Below, one piece after another: positions 37,990-50,080 of a stretch of DNA of 64,000 nt; position 1 is the first letter of the stretch, and each line of letters starts with the position of its first letter. The position numbers and the translations under genes were made by a program. The stretch spans positions 55,676,001 through 55,740,000 of the forward strand of contig CM060732.1 in assembly GCA_030704615.1 (NCBI GenBank), in the 5' to 3' direction. Source of the stretch: Takakia lepidozioides (Eukaryota; Plantae; Bryophyta). The notes under the pieces are model-generated. The model was not told where the DNA came from. It saw only the letters and a list, made by a program, of their open reading frames with translations, and searched no databases.

Positions 37990-39170
37990 CAGCAGTGTGA
38001 GAAGCTAAGATAGGAAGAGCAAGAGAGAGCAAGACCCAATACCATTGGCATAACCAACCCCCAGACGATTTCCAACAGCTACCATGCACTTAATTGCCGA
38101 TGCCACATGTGGCAAATGCAAATCCTTGATGCGAGTGCCCTCTCCATTCCACTGGACAAGTAGCCTGTTACTTAACCCACCCCAAACTGTTCCATCAGTT
38201 GCTGCCACCAGGCCTCCAATCGTCTACTCTCCTCTGAGACTTGGCCCACTCTATCCGCTGCACGACGGACAGCTTCAGCTGCCCCCATCCCAGCATTCTT
38301 AGAACGTTGCAGCCAGCCCGCAGGCTCTTGTCCTTTTTTGACACTTTAGCGTATCCAGCTCGGCCATCTTCCTCCTAAAGAAGTTCGGTCCCCTGTGAAA
38401 ACTGTTGACCACGTCCGTAAATTGCCTTATAAGAGGGGGATGATCTATATAGATGGACAAGCCATTCTCCTTAGAGAGGGATAGAGAGATGCAACTCACT
38501 CCCAGTTGTCATGCTTTGATCAAGATGACCTAACATGAACGACTCTGCCTAGGTTAGTGATAAGCTCTGAGTGGGTTGGCATTAAATCAGAGCAAGTGTA
38601 TACCCAGATAGACAGGGATTCGAGGAGGTATACCATAATGTAATGTGATAAAGCCTTCCAGCCCAAATGTGTCCAGCTGAATGCTCAACCACCAGAATCC
38701 GTACTTCAGTGTGAGATGAGCCAGTCACTGGCCCCCTCAGCAGCACAGATGATCAGCATAAAGGCAGCTGTTGTATGGTCCCCTTCTGGCCCACTTCAAA
38801 GGCCACGTGATACAGCTTCTCACGGCCATGCCTTCATTGAACCACTTTCTGATCCTGTCCAATATTCACCTGGAACCAAAAATGTGTGATAAGCTTTGAA
38901 AGATAAAATATGAAAAAAGACTCACCACACTTCCCAGGTTACAGTCCTAAAGGATAATCAAACAGATAGTTCAAAGCTTCCAGGCCCACCATAGGAAGTG
39001 ACAGCAATTGCACCTGCCAAGAACGAGTCGCATAGTCGGCATCCCGCTCTCCAGGATCGCCAGCTCCAACCTGCATTCGCCAAGCCCTCAAGTTGCCATC
39101 TCTGTGCCCACTCCATACAATCTCCATGAGTGAAGACTCTCGACAAAACCACTTCAGCAGGCAGAATGAC
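37990..39170 (-). pseudogene. Fragments of a type II inositol polyphosphate 5-phosphatase (WD40 region; FRA3/5PTase12-14-like)
   Basis: IVWSGHRDGNLRAWRM (39070-39125) and DGTVWGGLSNRLLVQWNGEGTRIKD...IKCMVAVGNRLGVGYANG (38040-38200) resemble the N-terminal WD40 domain of plant type II 5PTases. Frameshifted and incomplete. Confidence 0.65.
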
Positions 39171-39227
39171 CTACATTTTGGCTTGCTCTCAGCTGAACCT
39201 TTCGTGAGAGGACAGTCATGGACAATG

Positions 39228-41600
39228 CTACACCACCAGCCTGCTTAACTCAAGTGCTATCAATTGCCGGTCATGCTTCTGCTCCATCAGGGCACCTCCC
39301 TTTGCACCATCCGGCCAATTTTTCGTGCTGCTTAAGAAAGGAGGGTAAGTGGTCATTCCCTCTGGCCCAGCCCAATCGAAGTCAATAAAAAAAACTTGAC
39401 CCATAATCGAATTCACCATTATGTTACTGAGCCAACTATCACCCTGAACAGCCCTCAACTCCAATCCCTGGACTTGGACCAGGGCTGCCTCAACGTATGC
39501 TTTGCACCATTCCCATGCATCGGAAGCCCTCTGGTTCCTCTCTGTTTGTACTAAACGTAGTGCACCAGAGGAATCCACCCTTCATCAGAGCAGAATAATG
39601 GAGGGGTACGCGCAGCACGAAACCAACTGCGGTGTACCCCCTCACCATAGCGCTAAGAAAATTTGACAATCACCTGTTTGCCACCAGACTCCACAAGATA
39701 AACCAGGCGCTGTCCTACTCGAGTAAGTCGAACCAGAGGATATACTTTTACTAAGTAATAGGGCCAGCATGCTGCTGAAACCCTTTCCCTACTTGCAGGT
39801 ATCTGCAGTCTGTCGTGCAACGTACAAAGATCAAACAACTACTGCACCAAAGCTCTAGTACCCAAGCCAAATGCTACATGAGTCAGCCTAAAGAGATGCA
39901 GAGTAGCTGTTGGCGGTTCAATCACTAGATGCTTATGAAACACCACACCATTGATGTGTATATGCGGGCCAACAATCTCAGATGGGAGAACCATCAAATA
40001 ACTGCCAAACCTCACATGTGATTCCATCTACATTACACATCTACACATGATATGTACATAACATTCTATGCATTTTGCATGTTTAATCTGCATCTCTACA
40101 GATTAAAGATGTAGCCACTATAATAGCTCAACACCAAGCTCAACACCCAGCTTGTGATCCACTTACTAATTCTCGTCATTGAAACACATACCTCTTTGAA
40201 AGCCTTATGTAAGTTGCTGAAAATCATCTTGATTTTGCATGTGCAAATGTTGGGTGCAACCACCAAATGGAGAGCACCAGGCAATACCTCAGTAAGAATG
40301 ATTCAACTTGTCCAAAACTTCAACTTGCTCATCTCTGCCTTCACATCAGTATTGGTGGATACGAGGTTTTTGATCGAGGTCAAACTCCATCTGCATAGTA
40401 CATGCCAGTTTCTAGGTAGGCATCGCCATTTAAACCCTTTGCCCACTGATAAGCAAAAGCTACATGCAGCTATTACCAACTACTTGCCACCAGAAGTCAA
40501 GCTAGAAAATAGCTGAATCTGGCTCCTGCTTATCAGTGGGTTTAAATGGCGATGCCTATGTGGAAACTGACATTAACTGACAAAAACCTTGCATAAGAAG
40601 CAGATAGCTCTTCTCGCAAACAAGCCAAAGGAAGCTCATCGGTTAGAGAGTCCTTGTCATCGAGCGCCTTTGCTCCCTCATGTATCTGCGCAAACAGATC
40701 CGGCCTATCCCGATGGATCTTCAGGAGACATGCCCGTGATTGCAAAGAAAACTACGCAACAGACTTATCATTCTCTCAACCCCCTCCTCTGCCATCTGGC
40801 CGGTTGAAGATTTGTAATCACCACCTCCTCCTTCTCCTCCTCCCTCCTCCCAGCTCAGAATTGGTCGTTCCCTCCGGCCAGCCCAATCGAACTCAATAAA
40901 AAAAACTTGACCCGTAATAAAATTCACCATTACGTTACAGAGCCAAATATCACCATGAACAGCCCTCAACTCCAACTCCTGGACTTGGACCAGGGCTGAA
41001 CTATGCGTCGGGAGCCCTCTGCTTCTTCTCTGTTTGTAAACGTAGTGCACCCAGAGGAATCCACCCTTCATCAACAGCCAAATACTGCATTGTTACGGCC
41101 TTCCGATCTCCGGGTACAGCAGTAACACTGAATAATTCAGGGGCACCCCCAACACGAAACCAACTGGTACCTCCTCACCATACCGCTGTTTGCCACCAGA
41201 CTCCATAAGATAAACCAGGCCCCGTCCTACTCGCTGCTTGCAGGTATCTACAATCCGTCGTAAAACAGACAAAAGATCAAACAACTGCTGCACCAAAGCT
41301 CTAATTACCCGAGCCAAATGCTCCATGTACCGCTCATCAGTCAGCCTAAAGAGATGCAGAGTAACTGTCAGCGGCTCAATCACGGGATGCTTATGAGACA
41401 CCGCACGATTGAAGCATATAAGCGGGCCAACAATCTCAATCAAAACGATTAGGCAGCAGGACAAAAGGTGGGAGTTTCTCCAAGAGATTGCACTCCAAGA
41501 GTTGCGATGTAGTAGCCATCCGACCAGAACCTTCGAAAGGTGCACTTTATATGCTGCCAGTGGAGGAGAACTCCATTCTGAGAAACCTAGAAGGATCACC
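39228..41600 (-). pseudogene. Two degenerate copies of a fungal-type (Crinkler-associated-like) kinase-domain gene
   Basis: Copy 1 (39228-40000): QVIVKFS..RYGE..VQGDSWLSNIMV..FIDFDWAGPEGMTTYP..NWPDGAKGGALMEQKHD. Copy 2 (40860-41600): SCCLIVLIEIVGPLICFNRAV..IEPLT..LARVIRAL..VHGDIWLCNVMV..IEFDWAG. Confidence 0.7.
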
Positions 41601-42546
41601 TCTTGCCTATGTAATATAGTGGCAAGGTGAACGTTGTAGCATTTACATGTTCAGAAGATCTTTGGGGTTTATTCAATTAGGGTTGAATTCTTGTGCAAAT
41701 CCATCTTGTCCTTTTTGCTCTTCTCCTCTACGTCCTATGTCCGTATCAGCGTAGTGGCCGTGCCTTAAGTCCCATGGTGGAGCAGGGTTATCTCTCTCTA
41801 CTCTTGGCTAGTTCTTGGATACTCAAACCTATACACCAAAGTAATTGTGAGAGTGGGAATTGCTACTCAGAGCTGTGTGAAACAGTTGATTGTTTGCCAA
41901 TAACTTATGGCTAGTTCTATGGTGCTCACATCAAATCTGGCTAAAGAAGCTACCAGTCATCCAATGTTCATCACTTGCCATGTCAAAAGGGGAAACTTTC
42001 AAGCAAGTAGTAAGTATTACCATCAAGCCCAGCTCATGCTCCCGAACGTCACGAGTCATGACCCTTGACCCTTGTTTTGTAGTTTAGAGATGAATGAGCT
42101 GAGTGAATTACATAGTGATGTTCTTCTGCGGGTTGATCTCGCGTAGCGCTAAATAAGTATGGCTGGATTTTTCATTGCACCATCCTGATCTGTTCTGGCC
42201 ACGGCAGATTCCGTCCTAGGGTGTTCCTCCGTGCAGGAACCAAGAGTCAGGCATTAGAGGGTTTTGGGATCCGCATCTCTGACTCTGTTTTTGAGAAATT
42301 CTTCGCACTGTTGTGACTTCTTCCACCTTGTCTGAGGGGTCATTGATGTGTTCCACTGGTAGCGGGTCAGGATCTAACCTCTGTTAGCTAGATGCATTTT
42401 AAAGTCAGGTATCAGAAACAGAATAAAATGTTCCTGAAATTGTAGGATTGTACGGAGTGTGTCTTCTTCTTTGGATGTCGACCATGGGAGCGGGAGCGAG
42501 ACCCTCAAACTCAACTGCGAGCAGTGTTAAATGAGAAACTCAAGTC

Positions 42547-44574
42547 ATGGAGTCAAACCCTGTGGCATGCAGCGGAGCAGAACCGAGACCAGGGCTTTGT
42601 CAAGTTCTAGAGATGCAGGACGTGACAGGGGATGCTGCACGCCCCTCAGATCATCTCCTGGGGTCTCATGTGGTGGATTCCGCTGTGGCATCTCATCAGG
42701 AGTCGCTACGTGTGCCATTAGGACTGGGAATGCGCTTGCCACCCCTCCCAAGTATCAATGCGGTCTCAGTGCGATTTGCTGAGTCGGCATCTAATTTTGG
42801 GCGTCGGCTTGCAAATCTAGTCGAAGAAACCATCGCTCGTGATGTACGAACGAGCTTGATAGATCCAATTGCGGGGCCGCCAATTGACAGGGTATTGAGT
42901 AGCGATAGTACAGAGCATAGAGCAACCATTGATGGTCCCCTCACAAGTGCAGCTCCCTCCAGTACTGTCTCTGCCTTGACAATCTCCCTTCCAGCCAGGG
43001 ATGCTAGTGGCAGTGCAATTGAAAGTAATGGTCTCTTGAGTAACTTGGCAATTGAGCGGGCGACGTCCATACTCTCATCAACAGGGGCCGCGGTGAGGGG
43101 AATTGGCCAACAATTTATGACAACCCCTCCGGCTGTATGGCATGGCTTGGTTACAAGAGTACAAACCACATTGCGAGGGTCTGCAGACGACATAGGCTGG
43201 CTTCAGAGGATGGGTCCACCTGTTGAGGATGGCACCGACCTGTTTCTTCAAACGCTTGACACAATCAGCCATGGTGTGCATGTTCTTCCCAACACTCTGA
43301 CCTACCTCCTCATCCCAGGTCTATTCAGCAATCACGCCCCACTATATTTTGTTGACACCAAAAAGCATTTCTCAAAATTGGGCCTATCTTGTCACATTGC
43401 CAAAATCCACAGTGAGTCTGCTGTTGAGAAAAATGCAAAGGAGCTGAAGGAGCATATAGAAGAGCTATACTGGGGCACAGGGAAGAATGTAGTTTTGCTA
43501 GGACACTCTAAGGGAGGGGTAGATGCGGCAGCAGCATGTTCCATGTTCTGGCAGGACTTGAAGGACAAAGTGGTTGGGTTAGTGTTGGTGCAAAGCCCCT
43601 ATGGAGGGAGCCCAATTGCCTCCGACATTTTGAGAGAGGGTCAAATTGCCGACGTTGAGACACGGCGCATCATAGAGCTTCTGATTTGCAGGATCATTGA
43701 GGGTGACATGCAGTCTCTGGAGGACTTGACATATGACAGACGGCGGCAGTTCTTGGCCAAGTATACCTTACCTCCCGATCTTCCAACTATCTCATTTCAT
43801 ACAGAGGCCAGCCGAGCTCCTGGGTGGGTTTCTACAATGTCACATGTAGCACTAGCCGAGCTTCCATGGTTATCAGGAAGCAGCACGACTGCAGGCCCTT
43901 CTGTGGAAAATGGTGCCGGCACGCGGGTTCCAGTGGCTATTCCCTTGGCTGCAGCAATGGCAGTCTGTGCGCTACATCTGGAACTCAGATATGGAGAGAA
44001 GAGTGATGGCCTTGTGACCCGTAAAGATGCTGAGGTTCCAGGTTCCATTGTTGTGAGACCTGAAAAGAAGTTGGACCATGCCTGGATGGTTTACTCGCCT
44101 TCCCGTAAGAACCCTTTGGAACCTGATGCACCCCAGATGTGTGAAGCTCTTATTACTCTACTTTTAAACCATGAAAAGTGGAGAAGGGATGAAACACACA
44201 TGACATGTGAAGCTGAAGTCAGTTTGCATGAGGCACAGGCAAGTGCCAGTGCAGCACTGTCAAAGTCAGATGTAAGTTTGGTGCACATGAACAGTCCGAG
44301 TTTTGTGCAAAAGACATGGATGGAATCTGATGTGATGCCAGAAGCTGAAGTTAGTTTCCATGAGGCCCAGCCAAGTGCAAGTGTGTCACCATCAGAGCCA
44401 AAACAAACCAATCTGGACATGGGTAGAATCACTGATATGCACATGATGGGCCTGGCGGGAAACTTATCCCATGTGATTCCAGAAGCTGGAGTTAGTCTCC
44501 ATGAGGCACAGGCAAAGGTGGCATCTTCAAAGTCAACTGAAACAGAGTTTATTGTAGGTAACACAATGGATTGA
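42547..44574 (+). CDS. Alpha/beta-hydrolase (lipase-like, At2g44970-type), single coding exon, 675 aa
   Basis: Uninterrupted ORF with LRGSADDIGWLQ, YLLIPGLFSNH, nucleophile elbow GHSKGG, QSPYGGSPIASDILREGQ, KSDGLV (Asp) and LDHAWMV (His). Confidence 0.92.
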   Translation: MESNPVACSGAEPRPGLCQVLEMQDVTGDAARPSDHLLGSHVVDSAVASHQESLRVPLGLGMRLPPLPSINAVSVRFAESASNFGRRLANLVEETIARDVRTSLIDPIAGPPIDRVLSSDSTEHRATIDGPLTSAAPSSTVSALTISLPARDASGSAIESNGLLSNLAIERATSILSSTGAAVRGIGQQFMTTPPAVWHGLVTRVQTTLRGSADDIGWLQRMGPPVEDGTDLFLQTLDTISHGVHVLPNTLTYLLIPGLFSNHAPLYFVDTKKHFSKLGLSCHIAKIHSESAVEKNAKELKEHIEELYWGTGKNVVLLGHSKGGVDAAAACSMFWQDLKDKVVGLVLVQSPYGGSPIASDILREGQIADVETRRIIELLICRIIEGDMQSLEDLTYDRRRQFLAKYTLPPDLPTISFHTEASRAPGWVSTMSHVALAELPWLSGSSTTAGPSVENGAGTRVPVAIPLAAAMAVCALHLELRYGEKSDGLVTRKDAEVPGSIVVRPEKKLDHAWMVYSPSRKNPLEPDAPQMCEALITLLLNHEKWRRDETHMTCEAEVSLHEAQASASAALSKSDVSLVHMNSPSFVQKTWMESDVMPEAEVSFHEAQPSASVSPSEPKQTNLDMGRITDMHMMGLAGNLSHVIPEAGVSLHEAQAKVASSKSTETEFIVGNTMD

Positions 44575-44639
44575 GGACGGAAAGGACAAAATGTTACATA
44601 CATTCATTAGCTATGAATTACAGCCGCACATAAAAAAAC

Positions 44640-47600
44640 AAAGTTGTACATTGGCACACTGCTGGCAAGACATTACCTGGGCTTTCAGATATTGGCCAAC
44701 TTTGTAGGGTGGGTCGCCTAGTGATACTCAAGTGGCCAGCTTATAAGACTCTCCTCTAGATCCTGCTTGAGAGAAGTCACTCTAGTTTTGGGTCTGGGGG
44801 AAAAACTATATAGGCGACCTTGCATTGAATTGGATCGTAAATGTTTGAGTGACCTCAAAATGTTGTGTACAATCTGGGCCAGATATTGTGGGGATTCATC
44901 GGCTTCTGCCATCATCAACTCCACTCCTCTTGATGTCTTAAAAGAGCGAGATCGACAATTCTCCTGAAGAAAGTTTGTGGATAAATTGGGATTGACTCTG
45001 CAGGTGCCTGCAAAATGAGAAAATTAGCAGTTTTGTCAGAATGCCAAAAGTTGCCCCATATTGCAGGTCCAGCAAGCATAAATGCAGTAACACACCGTTT
45101 CTGTGGAGGTTATCCATGAAGACAGAGTCACATGGGATACAGGAACTCACTAGGTATGCATAGTTATCATTTTTCAATTCATACCGTCATTGATATGTCA
45201 GCTAGCCTCTGGTAATGAAATGAAATGAAATGGTGTTTTATAACGTCCGCGGAAAGCTCATAATGAAATGAATTGGTACTTTATAACGTCCTCAGAAGGC
45301 TCATAGAGCTTATGGGACAAAGTGGAAAAAACATGGGAGAGGAAACAAAACCAGAGCCAAAAATAAAACTATTGCCCGAGGGATTGTCAAAGCGTGAGGG
45401 CCTCGTGCAGGTAAGCCGCCAAGCATTTCTAATCCTCATAGAAAATGAAGGAAGAAATGAAGGAAGAAACTTCTATAACGTCCTAGCAGAAAGCTTAAAG
45501 AGCTTACAGTACAAAAAGCAAGAAAGTAAACAAGGAAAAAGTGGGACCCTAAAAGAAGCCCAAAACCTAGACCAAGTTTGAGAGCCTCATGAAGATATGC
45601 CGCCAGGCATCTCTAGTCAGTTGAAAAACATGATCAGCAATGTTGAATTTCACCCCGTATTCACGAAGTAGGTGCAGTGAAGAAGTCGCCTCTCCGGCTG
45701 AGGCAAGTAAAAAGGGTGTGACCTCAAGCTGCGAGACAATAACAACTCAGTTGAAAATTCCCTATGGACGCTAGTCTAACATGTGAGGTGCATTGAGTGA
45801 ACCCAGAGGGAAAGAAATATATGATAGCAGTACAGCTGGAAAGTACAGAACAATCTGTTTTTCTTCAGGCAAACAGAAGATACTCTCATGGAACCATGAT
45901 GAGCAGTTATGGTGTATGATCGAACTGCTGCGAGTAATGGATCCATATCAATGAATAACAAGATAGAGATAGATAGCGAGAGCGCTAGATTATAGAGCGT
46001 GCAACAGTATTCAAAAGAAAATTCTCTTTGAAAAACATAGAATTCTTGGCTTAGGGACTCACATCCTTGCAGCCCCACAAGTGAAGCCACACATTGGTGC
46101 CACTTATTAATGACACCTGGCGCTCAGCACATCTACTTTTTGCTTTTCCTCCACGGAACCTCCACCAGTCTTGCCTGACCCTGATTTTGAAGAGGAGGAA
46201 CCCCTAGGTTCAGGGAGTGGTATTGCAGAGATCCGGGAACATGCACGATCAAGAATCAACCCAATCATGTCTGAGTGCGACAGTCCCACCTGCAAAGACA
46301 TGCTAAAAAGGCAGTGAGGAAAAAGGAGAAAACGTGCCTAAGAAGGTTGATTGTGACGTTCAGATATTTTACAAAACAATGCACATAGTCCAAATCCAAA
46401 AACCCTCAAGTGTGGGAATGCTGAGGCTGACATTTAGGACATTGCTACCCCAAGACGTGACCAGCAGGTCCCTGTTGTGTGCACTTTCTAGACAGAAGCA
46501 AGGGAATGTGCTCAACGGCCACTAAAAGAGCAAGGACAGAAGAAAGAAACCTTACAACATCCACACAGAGAAAGAGAAATGAAATAAAATGGTACTTTAT
46601 AACGTCCGCAGAAAGCTCAAAGAGCTTAATGGGACAAAAGGAAGAAACCATAAAGAAGAGGAATGAAATGAAATGGTACTTTATAACGTCCGAAGAGACA
46701 AAACCACAGCCAAAATCAGCCCAGAAGGAACAGAGAAAGAGAAATGAAATGAAATGAAATGGTGCTTTATAACATCCCGGAAAGCTCATAGAGCTTATGG
46801 GACAAATGGAAGGAAGAACATGAGAGAAAATAGGAAAACCAGAGTCAGAGAAAAGAACTCTTGTTTGAGTGATTGTCTAAGGGTGAATGCCTCGTGCAGG
46901 TAGGCTGCCAAACATTTCTGATCCTCATAGTGGAAGACTCCAGTGAGAGATTGGGTTCCACGGAATAGACAATGGAATCTCCCACGGATCTCATAGTATA
47001 GGGGGCAATAGAAGAAGTGTTCTTCAGTTTCAATTCAGTTTCAAAGAGAGAAAGAAACTTTATAAAATCTACGGGAAACTCAAAGAGCTTATGGGACAAA
47101 AGCAGTACACATGAAAGTCGGGCCTCAAAACTACAATTCAACGTCCAGAAATTCCCAAGCTGTAAAGCCTCATGCAGATATGCCACTAAAAAGAAAGAAT
47201 TACGTCCAGAGAAGGAGAGAGAGATGGAGGGAGAGGATACCGCTGCAGCTTGTTGAAACAAGAAGCTCGTCTGCTCCATTCCACTCATTTGCAGTCCTCA
47301 CATCAGAGCCTAAGCACTGAATGATTTACAATCCCAGACAAATTCTTGTCAGTCTACCCATTGCATGATCTGCAGGCTAATCCTCGAATTGGCCAAGGTT
47401 TCTCTTAAGCAGCTCACACCTTGCGATGGCCATATCCAATGGGGATGTATTGACCTCCTAGGGATCAGTGTCCTCACTGAAGAATCATCCAACAAAAAGC
47501 TAGAGAGGGGCATCACTTTGCGAATCTTCTTCCAACACTGAAGCTCAAACAAATCATGAAGCTATGCAACATACAAGAAATAATCTTGCTCCTTCCACAC

Positions 47601-47845
47601 CCTACGCATACATAGGAGTGGCAGTGACGCACCAAGTTGATGTCAGAAAAGACAATTGTCCCTGTTTCACGATTGCTGAACACTTCTGTCCCTTGACTTG
47701 TTTGTTGACCAGTCATCCTTGACCAGCTTGAAGGGGGCAGCAACCAACCATCCACACGAGCAACGTCACGAAGCCCAAGCGTTTTGAATAGCTTCGCTGC
47801 CCCATTGCGAATCTCTTCAATAACAGCAATAGGAAACCGGGGAGG
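44640..47845 (-). pseudogene. Inverted, scrambled partial copy of the 3' half of the DDL gene (exons plus introns)
   Basis: Reverse-complement matches: 44640-45200 to ~61240-61880; 45530-45615 to ~60937-61040; 45620-45700 to ~60240-60335; 45700-46650 to ~55370-56320; 46800-46970 to ~58975-59150; 47050-47845 to ~54500-55280. Confidence 0.92.
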
Positions 47846-47849
47846 ACCA

Positions 47850-49430
47850 GATGTGGAAGAATTATCACAAGCCATTGTAATCCATACCAGTGGCACCTAA
47901 GCGATTTTGTCAAATATGGTTTGTCAAATAAAATGCAGCTCACAATGGGCGTATGTCAGGCCCTACTGTTCTCGGCGACCATGACTGCAACGCCGGGGTA
48001 CGACCAGCTGCAGTGTTTAGACTGGCAGCGACACTCTGTGAAAGTGGGGAGGCCACTTCATCTTCTACGGAGTTAGTGGAACGTGTTGTGTTAGATACGT
48101 ACTCGGATTTGAGGATCAAGACTGCCACGACGGCGCCATGTCAAGTTGGAGCTGCCAGGTTGACGGAGCTGCCAGCTAGGCCAACCATCGAGCACACCAT
48201 GGTGACACTTGGAGTTGTCTTGTTAGACAACTAAAATGACAATTTTTTTTTGAGTGGACCGACAGGCAAGAAGTACCGGCCACTTTGGGTGTTGTTAGAC
48301 TCTGGGGCTCAACCTTGAGGATGTCATCAAAACCCTAACAAAGACCTATTGATGTGAGTTAATAGTGGAGGTCATAATCAAGCAAAGAGTCTGAAGCCAT
48401 GGATGGAACAAACCCTTACTATGACTGATTTGACTTTGTGACCAACTTTGTGATCAGGCTGTAAACATCACAGCCTCCATAGTTGAGCATCACTAACTCT
48501 AACCGACTAAACCCCAAAGATCTGAAGCACAAGGAGACACAAGAAGAGAAAGTCAAGGATGGCAAGACATGGGGAGCTCCTCTACCATGTACCTAACTTG
48601 GATGCGACATTGATTGAAGAAAAAGAGAGTCGGTCTGAAAACCTTGGGAACCCTGAGTGCGTCTGTCCATGAGAGAAAGTAAGTCTGAATCCAATGATCC
48701 GTCTGAAAGCCATCTGTTTGCTCTTGAAGACAATGAAAAATCAAGTATGGCAGGTGACAAAGCCTCCATAGCTTGATGTAAAGTTGCTTGCGATGGGGAG
48801 CAAGGTCCAACAACTGCCCAATTGTGAGCTGCATTTTGTTTGACAAACCATATCTGACAAAATTGCCTAGGTGCCAATGGCCTTATGGATTACAGTGGCC
48901 TTAGATAATTCCTCCACATCTGGTCTTGCTGAGGATAAAGTCATCCCTTCCTCCTTCTCCACAATGGCTCTAACTCACCTCATTATGTAAGTTCTCTCCT
49001 GCCAAGCCCTGTAATTAGATGGGACAGAAATCTTGGGTACTCTTCATCTACCTCTTCTGGCATAAGTGGTGGTGGCTGTGTCTATGTGCTTGGCCACAAG
49101 TCACTACTAGTGTCTCCACACATGGTAGCACCATAGTGACTACCACACTGGGACTTGTTTCTTATGTTCCCTTGGAAAGAAGCATAGGAGAAGGCTGGAG
49201 AAAGAGGGGGATCTGGATTTGAGATGCTTGAACTAGGCACCTCAAATCCAGAGTCCCCTCCTTCTTGATCCTTGTCCTATATGTCCTTTCCACGGGTGAT
49301 TAGCCAACGCACTCAAGAGCATAAATATTTGATGGACATGGACGGGCCTTGTGCATACAACTATTACAATCCCGGCATTCGCACATGGCCCCTACGAGTC
49401 AAGCATCGGTGCTACAACTGGTGAGGCAAG
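47850..49430. mobile_element. Gypsy gag/protease relics
   Basis: Plus-strand VLLDSGAQP aspartic-protease motif at ~48289-48315; minus-strand QLTIGQLLDLAP gag-pol linker-like peptide (~48795-48835); 47850-47950 is an inverted copy of ~48815-48925. Confidence 0.5.
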
Positions 49431-49749
49431 TCAATTTGACTACTTAGTTGAAACGATATAATGGACGAGAGGGTTTAGGGAGATGTATAGACTGTGATGA
49501 CTCTGAGTCCCTAACAGGCAAAGGCACAAACTGAAGATCACACCGCATTTCCCAGCTTCAGAAGCAACCAACATAACATGTTGTATTGGATTTGAAAACC
49601 CAATTGGATGCCAATGCAAGTTCTTTACTGCCGCAGCAACAAGAATCCTAACAGATTGAAAAAAATCACCCTCTGGTCCTTTCATTACAACACAGCCACT
49701 TGTGGAAAAAAAATCCTAAGGCTGACCTATGTCCTCCGAAGGATATGCT

Positions 49750-50005
49750 ATCATACCGGCGTAAGAAACAGGTAATTCTTCTCGCAAACAAGCCAATAGA
49801 AGCTCATCGGTTGGAGGGGCCTTGTCAACGAGCGCCTTTGCTCCCTTATATATCTTGCGCGAACAGATCCTGCCTATCCCGATGGATCTTCAGGAGACAT
49901 GCCCGTGATTACAAAGGAAAACTACGCAGCAGAATTATCATTCTCTCATTCTGCCATCTCGCCAACTCAAGACTTGTAAGCTAAAACCTCCTCCTCCTCC
50001 TCCCA
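49750..50005 (-). repeat. Duplicate of 40590-40855 (sequence associated with the kinase pseudogenes), just upstream of DDL
   Basis: CTTCTCGCAAACAAGCCAA..GAAGCTCATCGGTT..CCTATCCCGATGGATCTTCAGGAGACATGCCCGTGATT is shared by both sites. Confidence 0.85.
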
Positions 50006-50080
50006 GCTCAATACTTGAAGTGACTACGCAACGGGAGCACAAGTGACCCTGTGAATTTTCGCCGGAACCCCTCATTGGGT

